Part shown: piece after piece, positions 38,971 to 52,786 of the stretch
Position numbering within the stretch: position 1 is the first letter of the stretch
How the letters are laid out: the number at the start of each line of letters is the position of its first letter
Source: Paraspadella gotoi
Lineage: Eukaryota; Animalia; Chaetognatha
Direction: 5' to 3'
Assembly: GCA_051294375.1 (NCBI GenBank)
Contig: CM119263.1
Span: 4,786,360-4,850,359, forward strand
Length of the DNA stretch: 64,000 nt
Translations under genes and position numbers: made by a program
Notes under the pieces: generated by a model
Seen by the model: the letters and a program-made list of their open reading frames with translations, nothing else
The model's database searches: none
What the model was told of the DNA's origin: nothing

Positions 38971-40476
38971 GTATTATCATTTTGGATTAATGAAAAAAAT
39001 TACCAGAATGGAAAGGAAAATTTACATTAAATGTCCTAAGGCTAATAATTGGATAAATTGATTAATTTAATTCAACAGTTCATTCGCTAATGTAAAAAAA
39101 ACAACATTAAAAAATGCAGGAATTTAGAGAAAAAAAATTATAAGTAGAAGTTAACAGCCAAAACTTTGTTTCTCTCATAACAAGTGTAATGAAAGAAGGA
39201 TTAAAAAGAAGTAAAATTCTTCCCAAATGTTTATACGTCTGTTAGCCACAGTCCTTTTTGTTGTTTCAAATATATCACTTTATATTTTTTTTAAATCCGC
39301 GCTAAACAGAATCATAATCACTTGGATAAAAAAAAACAGCCCAAAAACTGCAGTCCAATAATGAAAAAAATCTGATCCAAACGAATTTTAAAGTAGATTT
39401 TTTTTTTTTTAAAGTGCAGAAGAAAGAAAAACAAAAATAACTTTTTTATCAAAAAAAAATATTCATAAACACAAAATTTATATATAATAAATTCAGATTC
39501 AAACCAAAAAAATTTGAAGAAAAAAAAAAGCCCAAATTAAAATTTCTTACCAATTAATTTTGCAGTAAGACAAATTAGTCACCTGCCGTAAAAACATATC
39601 GTCTATGGAAATCGATTTCCTCACGAATTTGCATCAATTTTTTTTTCTTTTCTTTTCAACATTCGTAATTCGGGCCATTTTTTCCCAAAACCCCCATTCA
39701 GTTTTAAGTTTAAAAGTTAGGTTGGATTAGGTTAAGGTTTAAGGTTAATGATTAAGGTTGAGGGTTAGGAGATAAGGTTTAGGATTGAGTTAAGGGCTCT
39801 GGATTATGTAAGACAATGTGGTAAAATATTTAGCAAGAGATTAAAGTTAAATAATGAGTTAAAGTTAAGTTCGAAGTTTAGAACATAAATGAAACGCTTT
39901 CGGAAAAATAGTGCCAAAATTCTAACGTAATATCTGAGCGAAAGAAACAAAACAACGACAAAAATCATTGCCGCGTTTTTTTTTTACTTTCCACCGACGG
40001 AAAAAAAGTTTTTGTGATTCAGGACCGAAAGATCTTTCACGGATTCTGTGAACATTATTTTTAAAAAAATCACTTACCTGTGAAACGGAGAGAGAGAGAG
40101 AGAGAGAGAGGTGCAGGCGGAGAGAAGGCGAAATTGAAAGGAGAAAAAAATGGAAAAATTAATCTTAAAAATAAAAAAGTTAGTGAACTTATAGAATTAA
40201 TCCCTTCCCAGTCACCTTTCACCCTACCTTTTAACTTACCTTTTTCTGCCACCCTTTTCTCCTTGCAGCCCTACCTCTTCTCACTCCCCCCATCAAGTAA
40301 CCCGCCAAGCAACCCCCCGGCCTCCCCCCCCCTGTTAGCCTTTCATTTATTCTTTCCTCCAGGATAGCGTTCCCTGCATATTAAGACTTTATTCCCTCAG
40401 TCATGAATTCTGAGAAGGGATTCTTCATCCATGCGTTTTAGAAAACTGGCGCTCTCCTTCCTCTTCTCTTCTCTCT

Positions 40477-40513
<37 letters not shown>

Positions 40514-40525
40514 CTCCTCCCTCTC

Positions 40526-40585
<60 letters not shown>

Positions 40586-40803
40586 TATTCAAAAGCGATA
40601 TTTTCTTCTTTTTTTTTAAAAATGGGGAAATCATCTTTCTTTCATCCTCGTTCTAAACGAAGCGTGCAAGATTTATATTAAAAAAAAATTATTTAAAAAA
40701 AAAATAAAAGAAAAATATTTCTAAAAAATAAAAAGTAGAATAAAATAAGAAATCTTCTGCTAAAAAGGAAGATATTATTATGTTGCGCCTTTTCTTCTCT
40801 CTT

Positions 40804-40893
<90 letters not shown>

Positions 40894-41719
40894 TCTTTCT
40901 TTTGAAACGACGGCGGTTCGGGCGGGCGCTGGTTTTTCATGTCTTTTTGTTGACTGTAAACAATAAACAAGATGCGGCGGGAGTTGGAGGCAATAACTTT
41001 GCCATCTTGAGGCAGGAGAAAGTCTAGTTATTGACGCCTTTTTTCGAGAATAAAATTTGCAAGTTTTAAAAAGAGGAATTTAATGTTAAATATGTTTAAT
41101 ATGTTGTATTTTAATAATTATCGAGTATACTTTTTTAGCGTATTTGTAATGAGATTACAACTAAGTTTAACAATTCCCTCATTTTAATGCACAAACTTTT
41201 AAAGATAAACTGACAGATTTCAAATTCAAAACTCGCGTATTTTTTCCTGTACCTGAAAGGATAGCCCTTGTAATTTTCCCTTTTTCCCGTTTACATTCTG
41301 ATAAACATAAAAATATCAAATATCAAATTTAAAATAGTGAAGCAAGTAATTTTTACAATTTTATATCCTGTAATTCCTCCTTGCCCACGACCCGAATTGT
41401 AGGTATAATCCTGTATTTCCCCAATTGTCACAAACTCTGGGTGAGAGATAGCGCTTATCTCCCCCCCTCACCTCGTCACACACCGACTTGTAAGGGATAC
41501 ACCCTATAATTTCCGTCCCCCCCCTGTCTCTTGTCACCTGGCGGAGACCGAACTCTCAAAGGCGAAGTGGCGTTTTCTGACTTGAGGTACAAAAGATTAT
41601 TCTTGGCGCCGACCCACCCCCTCTATCTCATCTCGATAATTAGTCATGAATTTCTCGCTCCTTTCAAAAATCTTTTCTTTGTCTTTTCTTCTTCTCTCTC
41701 ATCTCTCTTCTCTCTTCTG

Positions 41720-41757
<38 letters not shown>

Positions 41758-44199
41758 TCTGCTCTCTCCTCCTACTGCTCGCTTCTTTCTTCTTTTTTTT
41801 TTTCATTTTCTTTTTCTCTCTTTTTTCTCTCTTCTCTCTTTCCTCACTTTCTGTTTTCGTTTCTGCTTCTCACTCTCGTCTCTCGCTCGTCTCTCTCTCC
41901 TGTCTTTGTCTGTCTGTCTGTCTCTCTCTCTCTCCTCTCTTTTCTCTCTCTTCTCTCTCTACTCTCTTCTCTCTCTCTCTCCACTCTCCGTCTTTTTTTC
42001 ATTTTCTTTATCTCTTCTCTTGTTGCTCTACTATTCTCTTTACTCGACTTTCTTCTTTCTTTCTCTGTTCGTCTCTCTCTTCTCACTGTCTTTCGTCCTG
42101 TCTTCTCTCTCTACTCTCTCCTCTCTGCTCTCTCTCTTTGCTCTCTTCTCTCCTCTCTCTCTCGCTCTCTCTCCTATCTCCTCTCCTCTCGACCTCTCTG
42201 CTTGTTTTCACTTTTCTTTTTCTTCTCTTTTTTCTCTCTCTCTCTTTCTCACTTTCTTTTGTCGTTCTCTTTCTCTCGTCTCTCTCTCTCTGTCTTTGTT
42301 TCTCGTCTATCCCTGCTTTTGGTTCTCTTTCTCTTTTTTCCCTGCTCTTGCATTCTTGTACAAAAATACACCCTAAAATATCTTTATGCTTTCCTATAGA
42401 GATCTCGATGATGAATTGAGAATCTCTCTTCTGTTCACTTACTTACCCATCCTCCTTTGGCTTGTTTTCTCTCTCTCTCTCTCTCTCTCAATCTCCTGTC
42501 TATAATTCGTCTTCAACTTATTCAATTAAACGATTAATTTGGTTAATAATACAATGAGATTTTTAAAACTAACGGAGGTATTATCCTTTTGGATTTAATG
42601 AAAAAATTACCCAGAATGAAAGGAAAATTTACATTAAATGTCCTAAGGCTAATAATTGGATAAATTGATTAATTTAATTCAAAGTATCATTCGCTAATGT
42701 AAAAAACAACATTAAAAAAGCAGGAATTTAGAGAAAAAAAATTATAAGTAGAAGTTAACAGCAAAACTTTGTTTCTCTCATAACAAGTGTAATGAAAGAA
42801 GGATTAAAAAGAAGTAAAATTCTTCCCAAATGTTTATACGTCTGTTAGGCACAGTCTTTTTGTTGTTTAAATATATCTATTTATATTTTTTTAAATCCGC
42901 GCTAAACAGAATCATAATCACTTGGATAAAAAAAAACAGCCCAAAAACTGCAGTCCAATAATGAAAAAAATCTGATCCAAACGAATTTAAAGTAGATTTT
43001 TTTTTTTTTTAAAGTGCAGAAGAAAGAAAAACAAAAATAACTTTTTTATCAAAAAAAAATATTCATAAACAAAAATTTTATAATATAAATTTCAGATTCA
43101 AACCAAAAAAATTTGAAGAAAAAAAAAGCCCAAATTAAAATTTCTTACCAATAATTTTGCAGTAAGACAAATTTAGTCACCTGCGTAAAAACATATCGTC
43201 TATGGAAATCGATTTCCTCACGAAATTTGCATCAATTTTTTTTTCTTTTCTTTTCAACATCGTAATTCGGCCATTTTTTCCCAAAACGCCCCATTTCAGT
43301 TTTTAAGTTTAAAAGTTTAGGTTAGGGATTAGGTTAAGGTTTAAGGTTAATGATTAAGGTTGAGGGTTAGGAGATAAGGTTAGGGATTTGAGTTAAGGGC
43401 TCTGGATTATGGTAAGACAATGGGTAAAATATTTAGCAAGAGATTAAAGTTAAATAATTGAGTTAAAGTTAAGTTCGAAGTTTAGGAACATAAATGAAAC
43501 GCTTTCGGAAAATAGTGCCAAAATTCTAACGTAAATATCTGAGCGAAAGACAACAACAACGACAAAAATCATGCCGCGTTTTTTTTTTACTTTCACCGAC
43601 GGAAAAAGTTGTTTGTGATTCAGGACCGAAAAGATCTTTCACGGATTCTGTGAACATTATTTTAAAAAATCACTTACCTGTGAAACGGAGAGAGAGAGAG
43701 ACACGACGACCCAGGCGGGAAGAGAGAGGGCCGCAATTGCAGAAGAGAGAAAAAAAATATGGAAAAATTGAAATCGGGCAATAAAAGCTTAGCTGCGAAC
43801 TTATAGGAATTAATTTTTAACAAAATTGTTACAATAACTTTAATAGAACGCGTCGCCCTCAAATTAATTTCTGCCTTTTAAGACTAGACTCATCGACTTC
43901 GTCCCTTCCCAGTCACTCTTCACCCTACGCTTTTAAACTATACCTTTTTCTGCCCCTTTTTCCCTTACAGCCCTACCTCTTTCACTCCACCCCCCCATAT
44001 CAAATGTACCCCACGCCGCCAAGCAACCCCCCGCGCCTCCCCCCCCCTGTTAGCCTTTCATTTATTCTTTCCTTCCAAGCATGCGTTCCCTGCATATTAA
44101 ACTTTATTCCCTCAGTCCCATGAAATTCTGAGAAGGGATTCTTCATATCCATGCGTGTTTAGAAAACTTGGCCTCTCCTCTCTCTCTCCTCGCTCCTCT

Positions 44200-44261
<62 letters not shown>

Positions 44262-44482
44262 TCTCTCCATCTATCTCAAAAGCGATATTTTCTTCTTTTT
44301 TTAAAAATGGGAAATCATCTTCTTTCATCCTCGTTCTAACCGAAGCGTGCAAAAGGAGTTGTCTTATATTAAAAAAAAATTATTTAAAAAAAAAATAAAA
44401 AGAAAATATTTCTAAAAAATAAAAAGTAGGAATAAAATGAAGAAATCTTCTGTAAAAAGGAAGATATTATTATGTGCGCCTT

Positions 44483-44615
<133 letters not shown>

Positions 44616-45084
44616 TCTTTCTTTTGAAACGACGGCGGTTGGCGGCGCTGGTTTTCATGTCTTTTTGTTGACTGTAAACAATAAACAAGATGCGGCGGGA
44701 GTTGGAGGCAATAACTTTGCCATTTGAGGAGGAGAAAGTCTAGTTATTGACGCCTTTTTTCGAGAATAAAATTTGCAAGTTTAAAAAGAGAAATTTTAAT
44801 GTTAAATATGTTTAATATGTTGTATTTTAATAATTATCGATATACTTTTTTTAGGGTATTTGTAGATGAGATTTACAACTAAGTTTAACAATTCCCTCAT
44901 TTTTAATGCACAAACTTTTAAAGATAAACTGACAGATTTCAAATGTCAAAACTCGGTATTTTTTCCTTGTACCTGAAAGGATAGCCCTGTAATTTTCCCT
45001 TTTCCCGTTTACATTCTGATAAACATAAAAATATCAAATATCAAATTTAAAATAGTGAAGCAAGTAATTTTACAATTTTAATAC

Positions 45085-45250
45085 TCCTGTAATTCCTCCT
45101 TGCCCACGACCGAATTGTGAGGTATAATCCTGTATTTCCCCAATTGTCACAAACTGGCTTGTGAGAGATAGCCCTGTATCTCCCCACCTCGTCACACACC
45201 GACTTGTAAGGGATAACCCTATATTCCGTCCCCCCCCCCTCTCTTGTCAC
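45085..45250. repeat. Degenerate minisatellite of about 45 bp, 3-4 copies (also at about 41370-41540 and 46160-46345)
   Basis: Units are ataatcctgtatttccccaattgtcacaaactggcttgtgagag, atagccctgtatctccccacctcgtcacacaccgacttgtaaggg and ataaccctatattcc. Confidence 0.7.
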
Positions 45251-46553
45251 CTGGCGGAGACCGACTCTCAAAGGCGAAGCTGGCGTTTTCTGACTTGAGG
45301 TACAAAAGATTATTTCTTGGCGCAACCCGCAGAGCTAGTTGAATGATTCTGACTATTAAAAAAAAATTATTTAAAAAAAAAAATAAAAAGCATATATTCT
45401 AGAAAAATAAAAAGTTAGAATGAACAAGATAAAAATCTCTGTAAAAGGAAGACTTATTTATATATCTCGCGCCTTTTCTCTCTCTTGCTGCTCGTCCTCT
45501 TCTCTCTCTCTCTCTCTCCTCTTCGTCTCTTCTCCTCTCTCTCTCTCTCTCTTCCTTTTTTCTTCTTGTGAAACGACGCGTGGCGCGGGTTGGCCGGTTT
45601 TCATGTCTTGTTGTTACTGAATCACAATAACACAGATGCGGCGAGGTTGGGAGCATATCTTGCCATTTGAGGAGAGGAGAAAGTCTAGTTATTGACGTCG
45701 CCTCTTTTTGAGAAGTTAAAATTTGCAATGGTTTTTTAAAAAGAGAATGTTTTAAATGTTAAATATGATTTATATTTGTATTTTAATAATATTTACTGAT
45801 CATATACTCTCTTTTTTTTTTTAGCCGCCGCGGGGGTCTATTTGTTAGAACGATGAGAATGTTTTTTTACAACTAACTGCTTGGTTAACAATCTCCTCAG
45901 AGTTTTTTTCTTTTAATGGCCAACCAAACCTTTTTAAAACAGGGATTTAAGACACTTGACACGATTCTTGTCAAAAATTGTCCCCAAAACTCAGGTATTT
46001 TTTCTCTTTGTCACCTCAAATGGATTAGCCTGTAAATTTTCCCTTTTCCCGTGTTTTACATTCTGATTCTCATACATTGAAAAAATAATCAAATTATTCA
46101 AATTTAAAATTATTGGTTGAAGCAAGCTCAATAATTTTTACAATTTCTAATACCCTTCTGTAATCTCCTCCTTGCCCACGACGCCGAATTGTGACGGTAT
46201 AATCCGCTGTATTTCCCAATTTGTTCCACAAAAGTCCTTGGCTTGTGAGAATGATAGCCGTGCTATCTTCCCCACCTTCGGTCACACACCCGACTTGTAA
46301 GGGATAACCCTATAATTCGCGTCCCCCCCCCTCTCCTTGTCACCTGGCTGGAACCGCACTCTTCAAACGTGCGCGAGCTGGCGCGTTTTCTGACTCTGAA
46401 GTGACAAAAGATTATTTCTTGGCTGCCGACCACCACCCCTTATTCCATCTTCGGAAGGTACTTAGATTAGTCATTGAATTTCTTTCTCTCTCTCTCTCTA
46501 TCTCTTCTGTCTTTCTGTCTTGTCTCGTCTCTCTCTCTCTCTCCTCTCACTCA

Positions 46554-46588
<35 letters not shown>

Positions 46589-47830
46589 TCACTCTCTCTT
46601 TTTTCATTTCTTTTTATCATTTTTTTCTTCTCTTCTCTTCTCTTTCTCACTTTCGCTATGTTTTTCTCTCTCTTGCACTCTTCGTCTCTCTCTCTCTCTC
46701 TCTCCTGATCTTTTTGCTGTCTGTCTGTCTCTCTCTTCTCTCCTCTCTCTTTCTCTCTCTCTCTCTCTCGTCTCTCTTCATTCTCTCTCTCTCTCACTCT
46801 CCTTTTTCTTTTCATTTTCTTTATCTCTCTTTTGTCTCTCTATCTTTCTTATTCTCGACTTTCTTTTCTTTCTTTCTCTTTCGTTCTCCTCTTCTCTGTC
46901 TTTGTCTGTCGGTGTCTTGTCCTCTTTCGTTCCTCTCTTCTCTCTCTCTGCTCTCTGAGTCAGTTATACTCACGTCTCCGACACGCAGCCGATTAGACCG
47001 GTAGCGGCGCGCCGCTGGGTGTGGGAGGCCATCGTCGACTCACTTCGCTTCCGGGGCTTTCTTCGCGGATCTGGGATATTTTCTCTCTCCGGGCTTCTTA
47101 CCGGTCGAAGTCCGGAGCGGACTCGGGGGGACTATTATCTTCTCTGTTCTCTCGGTCTCTCTCTCTCTTTTTTCGTTCTCCTTTAACTCTCTCTTGCTCT
47201 CTTCTTTGCTCTTTTTGCACGTTCTATCTCTCTTTCTATCTTCTTGTTTTTTCTTCTTTTAATGTTATTTTTTGTCATTCCCTTCTCTCTTTAAGATTGT
47301 TTAGTTATTTATTTTTTGGACTCTCATGGTTAATAAAGAAAACCACACTACTTTAACAACTACGTTCTTCTTTTGTGATATTTAGCAGTATTCAAGTATT
47401 TCAACGGTGAATTTTTTTTTCTCTTAATAGCCGAAAATGAATTTGGGAGGTAAAAATAAGCTTCTTTGAATACATCCCAGGTGAATAACAAACAACGAAA
47501 AAAACAAATAATAATCCAAAGCTGATCCGAATACAAAAATATATTCCTAATTTAGAAAAAAACGTTTTTCAAAGAAAAAAAATTTTTGTTGAATTTGTTA
47601 AAAAAGAATCTTTTTATTTAATTTCGGAAGTTTTAAATGGTGAAGTATAGGAAAAAATTAGATTGAATTTACACAGATAACCAAAAGCAGAGTCCGACTC
47701 ATCGAGGCAGAGGCTGGAAGTTTATCTGCGAGAAAGACGAAAGTGGAAGAGGAACTACACAATTTTACTGAGGGTTGTAAGAAACTAGCCAAGTAAAAAG
47801 CAAACCATTATTGTACGAGAGAATAAAGTA

Positions 47831-47918
47831 ACATCACAGATGATTGAAACCAGAAACAGAGGAAGATATTAAGGAAGAGGGATTCCTCTGTTTCTGGTTT
47901 TCATTCATCTGTTGATGT
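47831..47918. other. Long hairpin (about 35-bp arms, 18-nt loop)
   Basis: acatcacagatgattgaaaccagaaacagaggaa pairs with ttcctctgtttctggttttcattcatctgttgatgt. A noisier second copy is at 51716-51808. Confidence 0.8.
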
Positions 47919-48912
47919 GGTAACTAGAATTTTAAAAAATACTGAAGTGATACCACTTTTTGTAGAGCTGACAATTTTGGTATACTATAATTTTTTAATT
48001 ATTAACCTAAGTTTTTAATTGATTGTTGCAAATTTGTGAAATAATCAAAAAGTATATATGAAATCCTAAGCTTTCTGAGTACAGACAAACGACAACCCTT
48101 AAAAAAACTTGTTACTAGAACTTTTTTTGGAATAAATAAAAAATTGATATTTTTAGTTCAATCAAATTAAAATGCTCTATAATTAATGGCGAGGGAATAA
48201 AATCGTGCTCTTCAAAAATAGAGAAAAAGATATTTTATATAATTTTATTTGGACAATTTTACCTTTAAATATGGGCTACTTGCCGAACTAATATATATGA
48301 AGATATATAATAAAACATATTTTTAAAAATATTCACTATCTCAAAGCTCGGATTTGACTTTCACTTGATTCCAAAAAATTTTTTCTACTCTTTACTCTTG
48401 ATACGTCCGCGCTAACACAGAAATTGCAAAATAATCATATATTCTCTCATTTTGCGATTATTTTTTTGTATCTGTTATCAATATTTTCATTCTTTTTAGC
48501 ATATTTAATACATTATTGTTATAGTATATATCTTTTCTATTAATATTATTACTTTAAGCCTTCAAAATCTTAATATATTAAAAAAAATTTCTGGTACTAA
48601 ATTTTTTAAATTCTTTTTTCCTTCTTTTTCTTTACTTTTCTCTCGTTTTTCTGTCTTTCTTTTTTTTTCTATTTCTTTTTTTTGACATCGGTGGAAATGA
48701 CCCTACTCAATACTGCTAATGACATTATTTCAAAAAGGCCTTTCTCTTTTATATATTATGACTCCCGGATTCTGCGCATATTGCCCATCAATCGATTCCG
48801 CTCGGTGGGGGTTAGGCAGAGAGAGGAATTCCCCTGTTGGGGCGCATGACCTGTGACTGAGGGTTAACATGAGGGGAGAGAAAAGAGTTAAGTTCGCCGC
48901 TGCCGAGCTCAC

Positions 48913-49114
48913 CGATTCGGATCGACCTTATGCCAGCCCGCAGCGGATACCGGACGGATAAGCGGAGAAGGAAAGCAGGCAAGAAGGCAGTAAAGCATAT
49001 ATAGCCAGCGAGCCGAAGTAAGTCCGAGGCTCACGGAGAAGCCGACTGCCGCCGCGCGGCTTATGCTCCCGGAGCAGGGCTGCGCTGTTTTTCGAGGCTT
49101 CTGAGTTAAGCCAT
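48913..49114 (-). CDS. Putative first exon of a signal-peptide/membrane protein (copy 1)
   Basis: Has a gccATGG start and a |gtgagc donor. The two-copy consensus is roughly MALTQKPRKKAQPSGSISRAAAVGFSVSLGLTWLLGYxxLLLLLPLSLSSVSA-GWHKVDP. Each copy has different indels. Confidence 0.4.
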
Positions 49115-49176
49115 GGCCTCTCTCTCTCTCTTCTCTCTCTCTGCTCTCTGTCTCTCTCTTGCTCTCCTCTCTCTCT

Positions 49177-49214
<38 letters not shown>

Positions 49215-49747
49215 CTTCTCTCTCCTCTCACTCTCTCTTTTCTTCTTTCTTTTCTCCTCTGTTTTGCTCTCCTCCTTTTTTCCTTTCCCCTCCGCACTTT
49301 TTTCTTTTCTTTCTGCCTTTACTTTCCTTTTTTCTTTCTCTTTCTCTTCTTCTCTCTTTCTTGTCTTTGGTTTTTCTTCTCTTGTTGTGTTCCCTTTTAA
49401 GGGTCTTCTTCTCTCTTGCTTTTTTCCTTCTGCCGATCTGTACCAGAAAATACACCTAAAATTATCTTTATGGCCTTTCCCTAATATTTTAGAAATCCCG
49501 TGATGAAATTGGAAATCTCCTTCTTTCACTTTTCATTTACCCTTCGCCCTTTACTCATTTATTCACAAACACTGATGTTGAAATGGACAACACTTTTTTA
49601 TCCATATATTCTTATCTTCAGCCTATTCTCCTTTCTCTCTTCTCTCTCCTCTCTGCTCTCTCTCTCTCTCTTCTCATCTCTCTCTCTCTACTCTCCTCTC
49701 TACTCTCTCTATCTATTCTTTTGACTGACCTTTTGCAATCTGCAAAG

Positions 49748-49909
49748 CTGCACAGACCATCAGGAATGGGAAGATTTAGGATCCACATATTGTTTATGGC
49801 AAAAGGAATTTGGTCGCTTGAGTTGGAGGGAAGGTAAGAAAAAGCAGCGAGATGATATTCAATGGAGGAATTTCCCATTCGCATATTATACAGTCGATAG
49901 TTGCCCAAG
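49748..49909 (+). CDS. Possible exon, Trp/Cys-rich, weakly like the start of a C-type lectin domain
   Basis: Open frame CTDHQEWEDLGSTYCLWQKEFGRLSWREGKKKQRDDIQWRNFPFAYYTVDSCP follows a pyrimidine tract and ctgac. A minus-strand frame is also open, so the strand is uncertain. Confidence 0.25.
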
Positions 49910-50617
49910 GATAAGGGAAAAAAAGGAGAGAAGAGGAAGGGAAAGGTAAAAATAGAAAAGGGAGGGGAGGAAAAAATGAAGGAAGTAAGGAAGGACAGAA
50001 GGTGAGGAAAAAAAAGGACGACGGGAGAGGGAAAAGGAAATTAGAAAGGAAGGGGAAAGAAAAAGGAAAAAATGGAAAATTGAATGAGGGAGGGAAAAGG
50101 AAAAAGGGGAGGGGGGGTAGGGAAAAGGAAATAAGGGAAGGACGGGGAGAAATAGGAAAAAAAAAATGGAAAAAAGATATGGAGGGAAAAGGAAAATGAG
50201 GAAAAGGAGGGAGGAAAAGGATAAGAAGGAAGAATAGGTGAGGATAAAGTGGAAAAAGAGAAATGAAGAGGGAGGGAAAGAAAAGGTTGGGGGAGGGAAA
50301 AGGGAAAAAAGAACAATAGAGGGAGGGAAAGGTTTAGTTAGAAGGTNNNNNNNNNNNNNNNNNNNNNNNNNCGACCCCCCTCTATCTCAATCTCGAGCGG
50401 TAAATTAGTCATCTGAATTTCTTTTCGTCACTCTCTCTACTATTCTCTCGTCTGTGTCTGTCTTGTCTCTCCTCTCTCCTCTCTCCTCTCTCTCTCATCT
50501 CTCTCTCTCCCTCTGCTCTCTCCTCTATCTCTCTCTCTCACTCTCTCCTTTTTTCCATTTTCTCTTTTTCTCTTCTTTTTTCTCTCTCTCTCTTTCTCAC
50601 TTTCTTTTTCTTTCTCT

Positions 50618-50649
<32 letters not shown>

Positions 50650-52786
50650 TGCTTCTTTGTCTGTCTGTCTGTCTCTTCTCTCTCTCTCTCTTTCTCTCTC
50701 TTCTCTCTCTCTCTCTCTCTCGTCTCTCTCTCTCTCTCTCTCTCACTCTCTTCTTTCTTTCATTTCTTTTCTTCCTCTTTTTTTCTCATCTTTCTCTTTC
50801 TCACTTTCTTTTTCTTTCTCTTTCGTCTCTCTTCTCGTGTCTCTTTCGATCGTGTCTTGTCTCTTTCGTTCCTCTCTTCTCTTCTCTCTCTCTGATTCAG
50901 TTATAACTCAGTCTCCGAACGCACCGACTAGACCGTAGGCGGCGCGTCCGCTGGTGCTGGGAGCAATCGCGACTCACTTCGCCTTCCGGCGGCCTTTCTT
51001 CGCTGTGGATCTTGGGGGTCAGTAGCTTTTTCTCTCTCTCCGGGCTTCTTCCGGTGTCCGAAGAAGCGACTCGGCGGGCGTCTATTATCTTCTCTTTCTC
51101 TCGGTCTCTCTCTCTCCTCATTTCTCTTCTCCTTGTAACTCCTCTCTTGCTCTCTCTCTTGCTCTTTTGCCGTCTCAATCTCTCTTTCTATCTTCTTGTT
51201 TTTTCTTCTTTTAATGTTATTTTTTGCTCAGTTCCCTTCTCTCTTTAAGATGTTTAGTTGATTGTATTTTTTAGGACTCTCAATGGTTAAATAAACAGCA
51301 AAACCACACTACTTTAACAACTACGTTCTCTCCTTTTAGGTGCATATTAGCAGTATTCAAGTCATTTCAAACGGAATTTTTTTTTCTTTACATAGCCGAA
51401 AATGAATTATGCCGAGTAAAAATAAGCTTCTTGATAATCCAGTAATAACACACAAAACATCCAGCTGAGATCAAATTATCTAATTTGAAAACAAACTTTT
51501 AAGAAATTTTAATGTAAAAAAAATCTATTAAAAGTTAAATCAAGCTGAAGTCCAAAGGAAAAAATTATTAATTACACAGATACAAATAGAATCCACCATG
51601 AGCATGGAATTTATCTCGAGAAAACGAAATGGAAGGGACTAATCATATTTTGACAGGGTTTAGAATCTAAGAAAAAGCAAACCATTTTATTGTAATTGAG
51701 ACGTTAAATAAAGTAACATCACAGATGAATGAACACCCAATGACAGAAGGAAGTGATTAAGGAAGTAGGATTTCCTGCTGTCTTCTGGTGATTTCATTCA
51801 TCTTTGATTGGTGAACTAGAATATTTAAAAAAATATGAAGTATACCTACTGGTTAGAGCTGGACAATTTGGACTACTATATTTATCTTATATAATAAGTT
51901 TAATTGATTGTTGAAATTTGTGAAATATTAAAAAGTAATATATAATGCTAAGCTTTCTGAGTACGACAAACGACAACCCTTAAAAAACTGTTACTAGAAC
52001 TTTTTTTGGAATAAATAAAATGATATTTTAGTCAATCAAATTAAATGCTATAATTAATGGCGGAAGAAATTTTTAAATCTGCTCCTTCAAAAATAAGAAA
52101 AAATATTCATATTTTAAATTTTTTTGACATGATTACAATGTTTAACAATATGGGGCTACTGCGAAACTTATAATATATTATATAAGAAACAATTTTTAAA
52201 AATATTCACTAGTCTGCAAAGCTGGATTTTGATTCACTTGATCCAAAAATTTTTGTCTACTCTTTACTCTTATACGTCCTGCGTCTAAACAGAAATGCAA
52301 ACAATCATATATTATCTACTCATTTTGCAGATTATTTTTTATTTTATCAATAGTTTTCAATTCTTTTTAGCCATAATTTAATCATTATTGTTTGAATAGT
52401 ATATCTTTTTTATTAATATTTATTATTTAAGCTCAAAATCTTAATATATTAAAAAAATCTTCTGTACTTAAATTTTTTAAATTCTTTTTTCCTATCTTTT
52501 CTTTCTTTTCTCTCTTTTTCTGTCTTTCTTTATTTTTCTTATTTCCTTTTTTTTGAACATCGGTGGAAATGACCCCTGCAATTAACTGTCTAATTACACT
52601 TTCAAAAAGGCCTATCTCTTCTTTTAAAATTATACTCCCGGATTCCGCGTATATCCCATCAATCGATCCGCTCGGAGTGGGTTTGGCCAGCAGAGAGAAT
52701 TCCGCCTTGGGGGCATGCCCGTTGACGAGGGGTTAACTATGAGGGGGAGTAGAAACAAGACGTAAGTTCGCCGCTGCTCAGCTCAC

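Noticed and set aside
39706-39800. TTAGG-like telomeric repeats (also 43300-43400)
   Set aside because: Short and highly degenerate, with no perfect array or adjoining telomere-targeting element.
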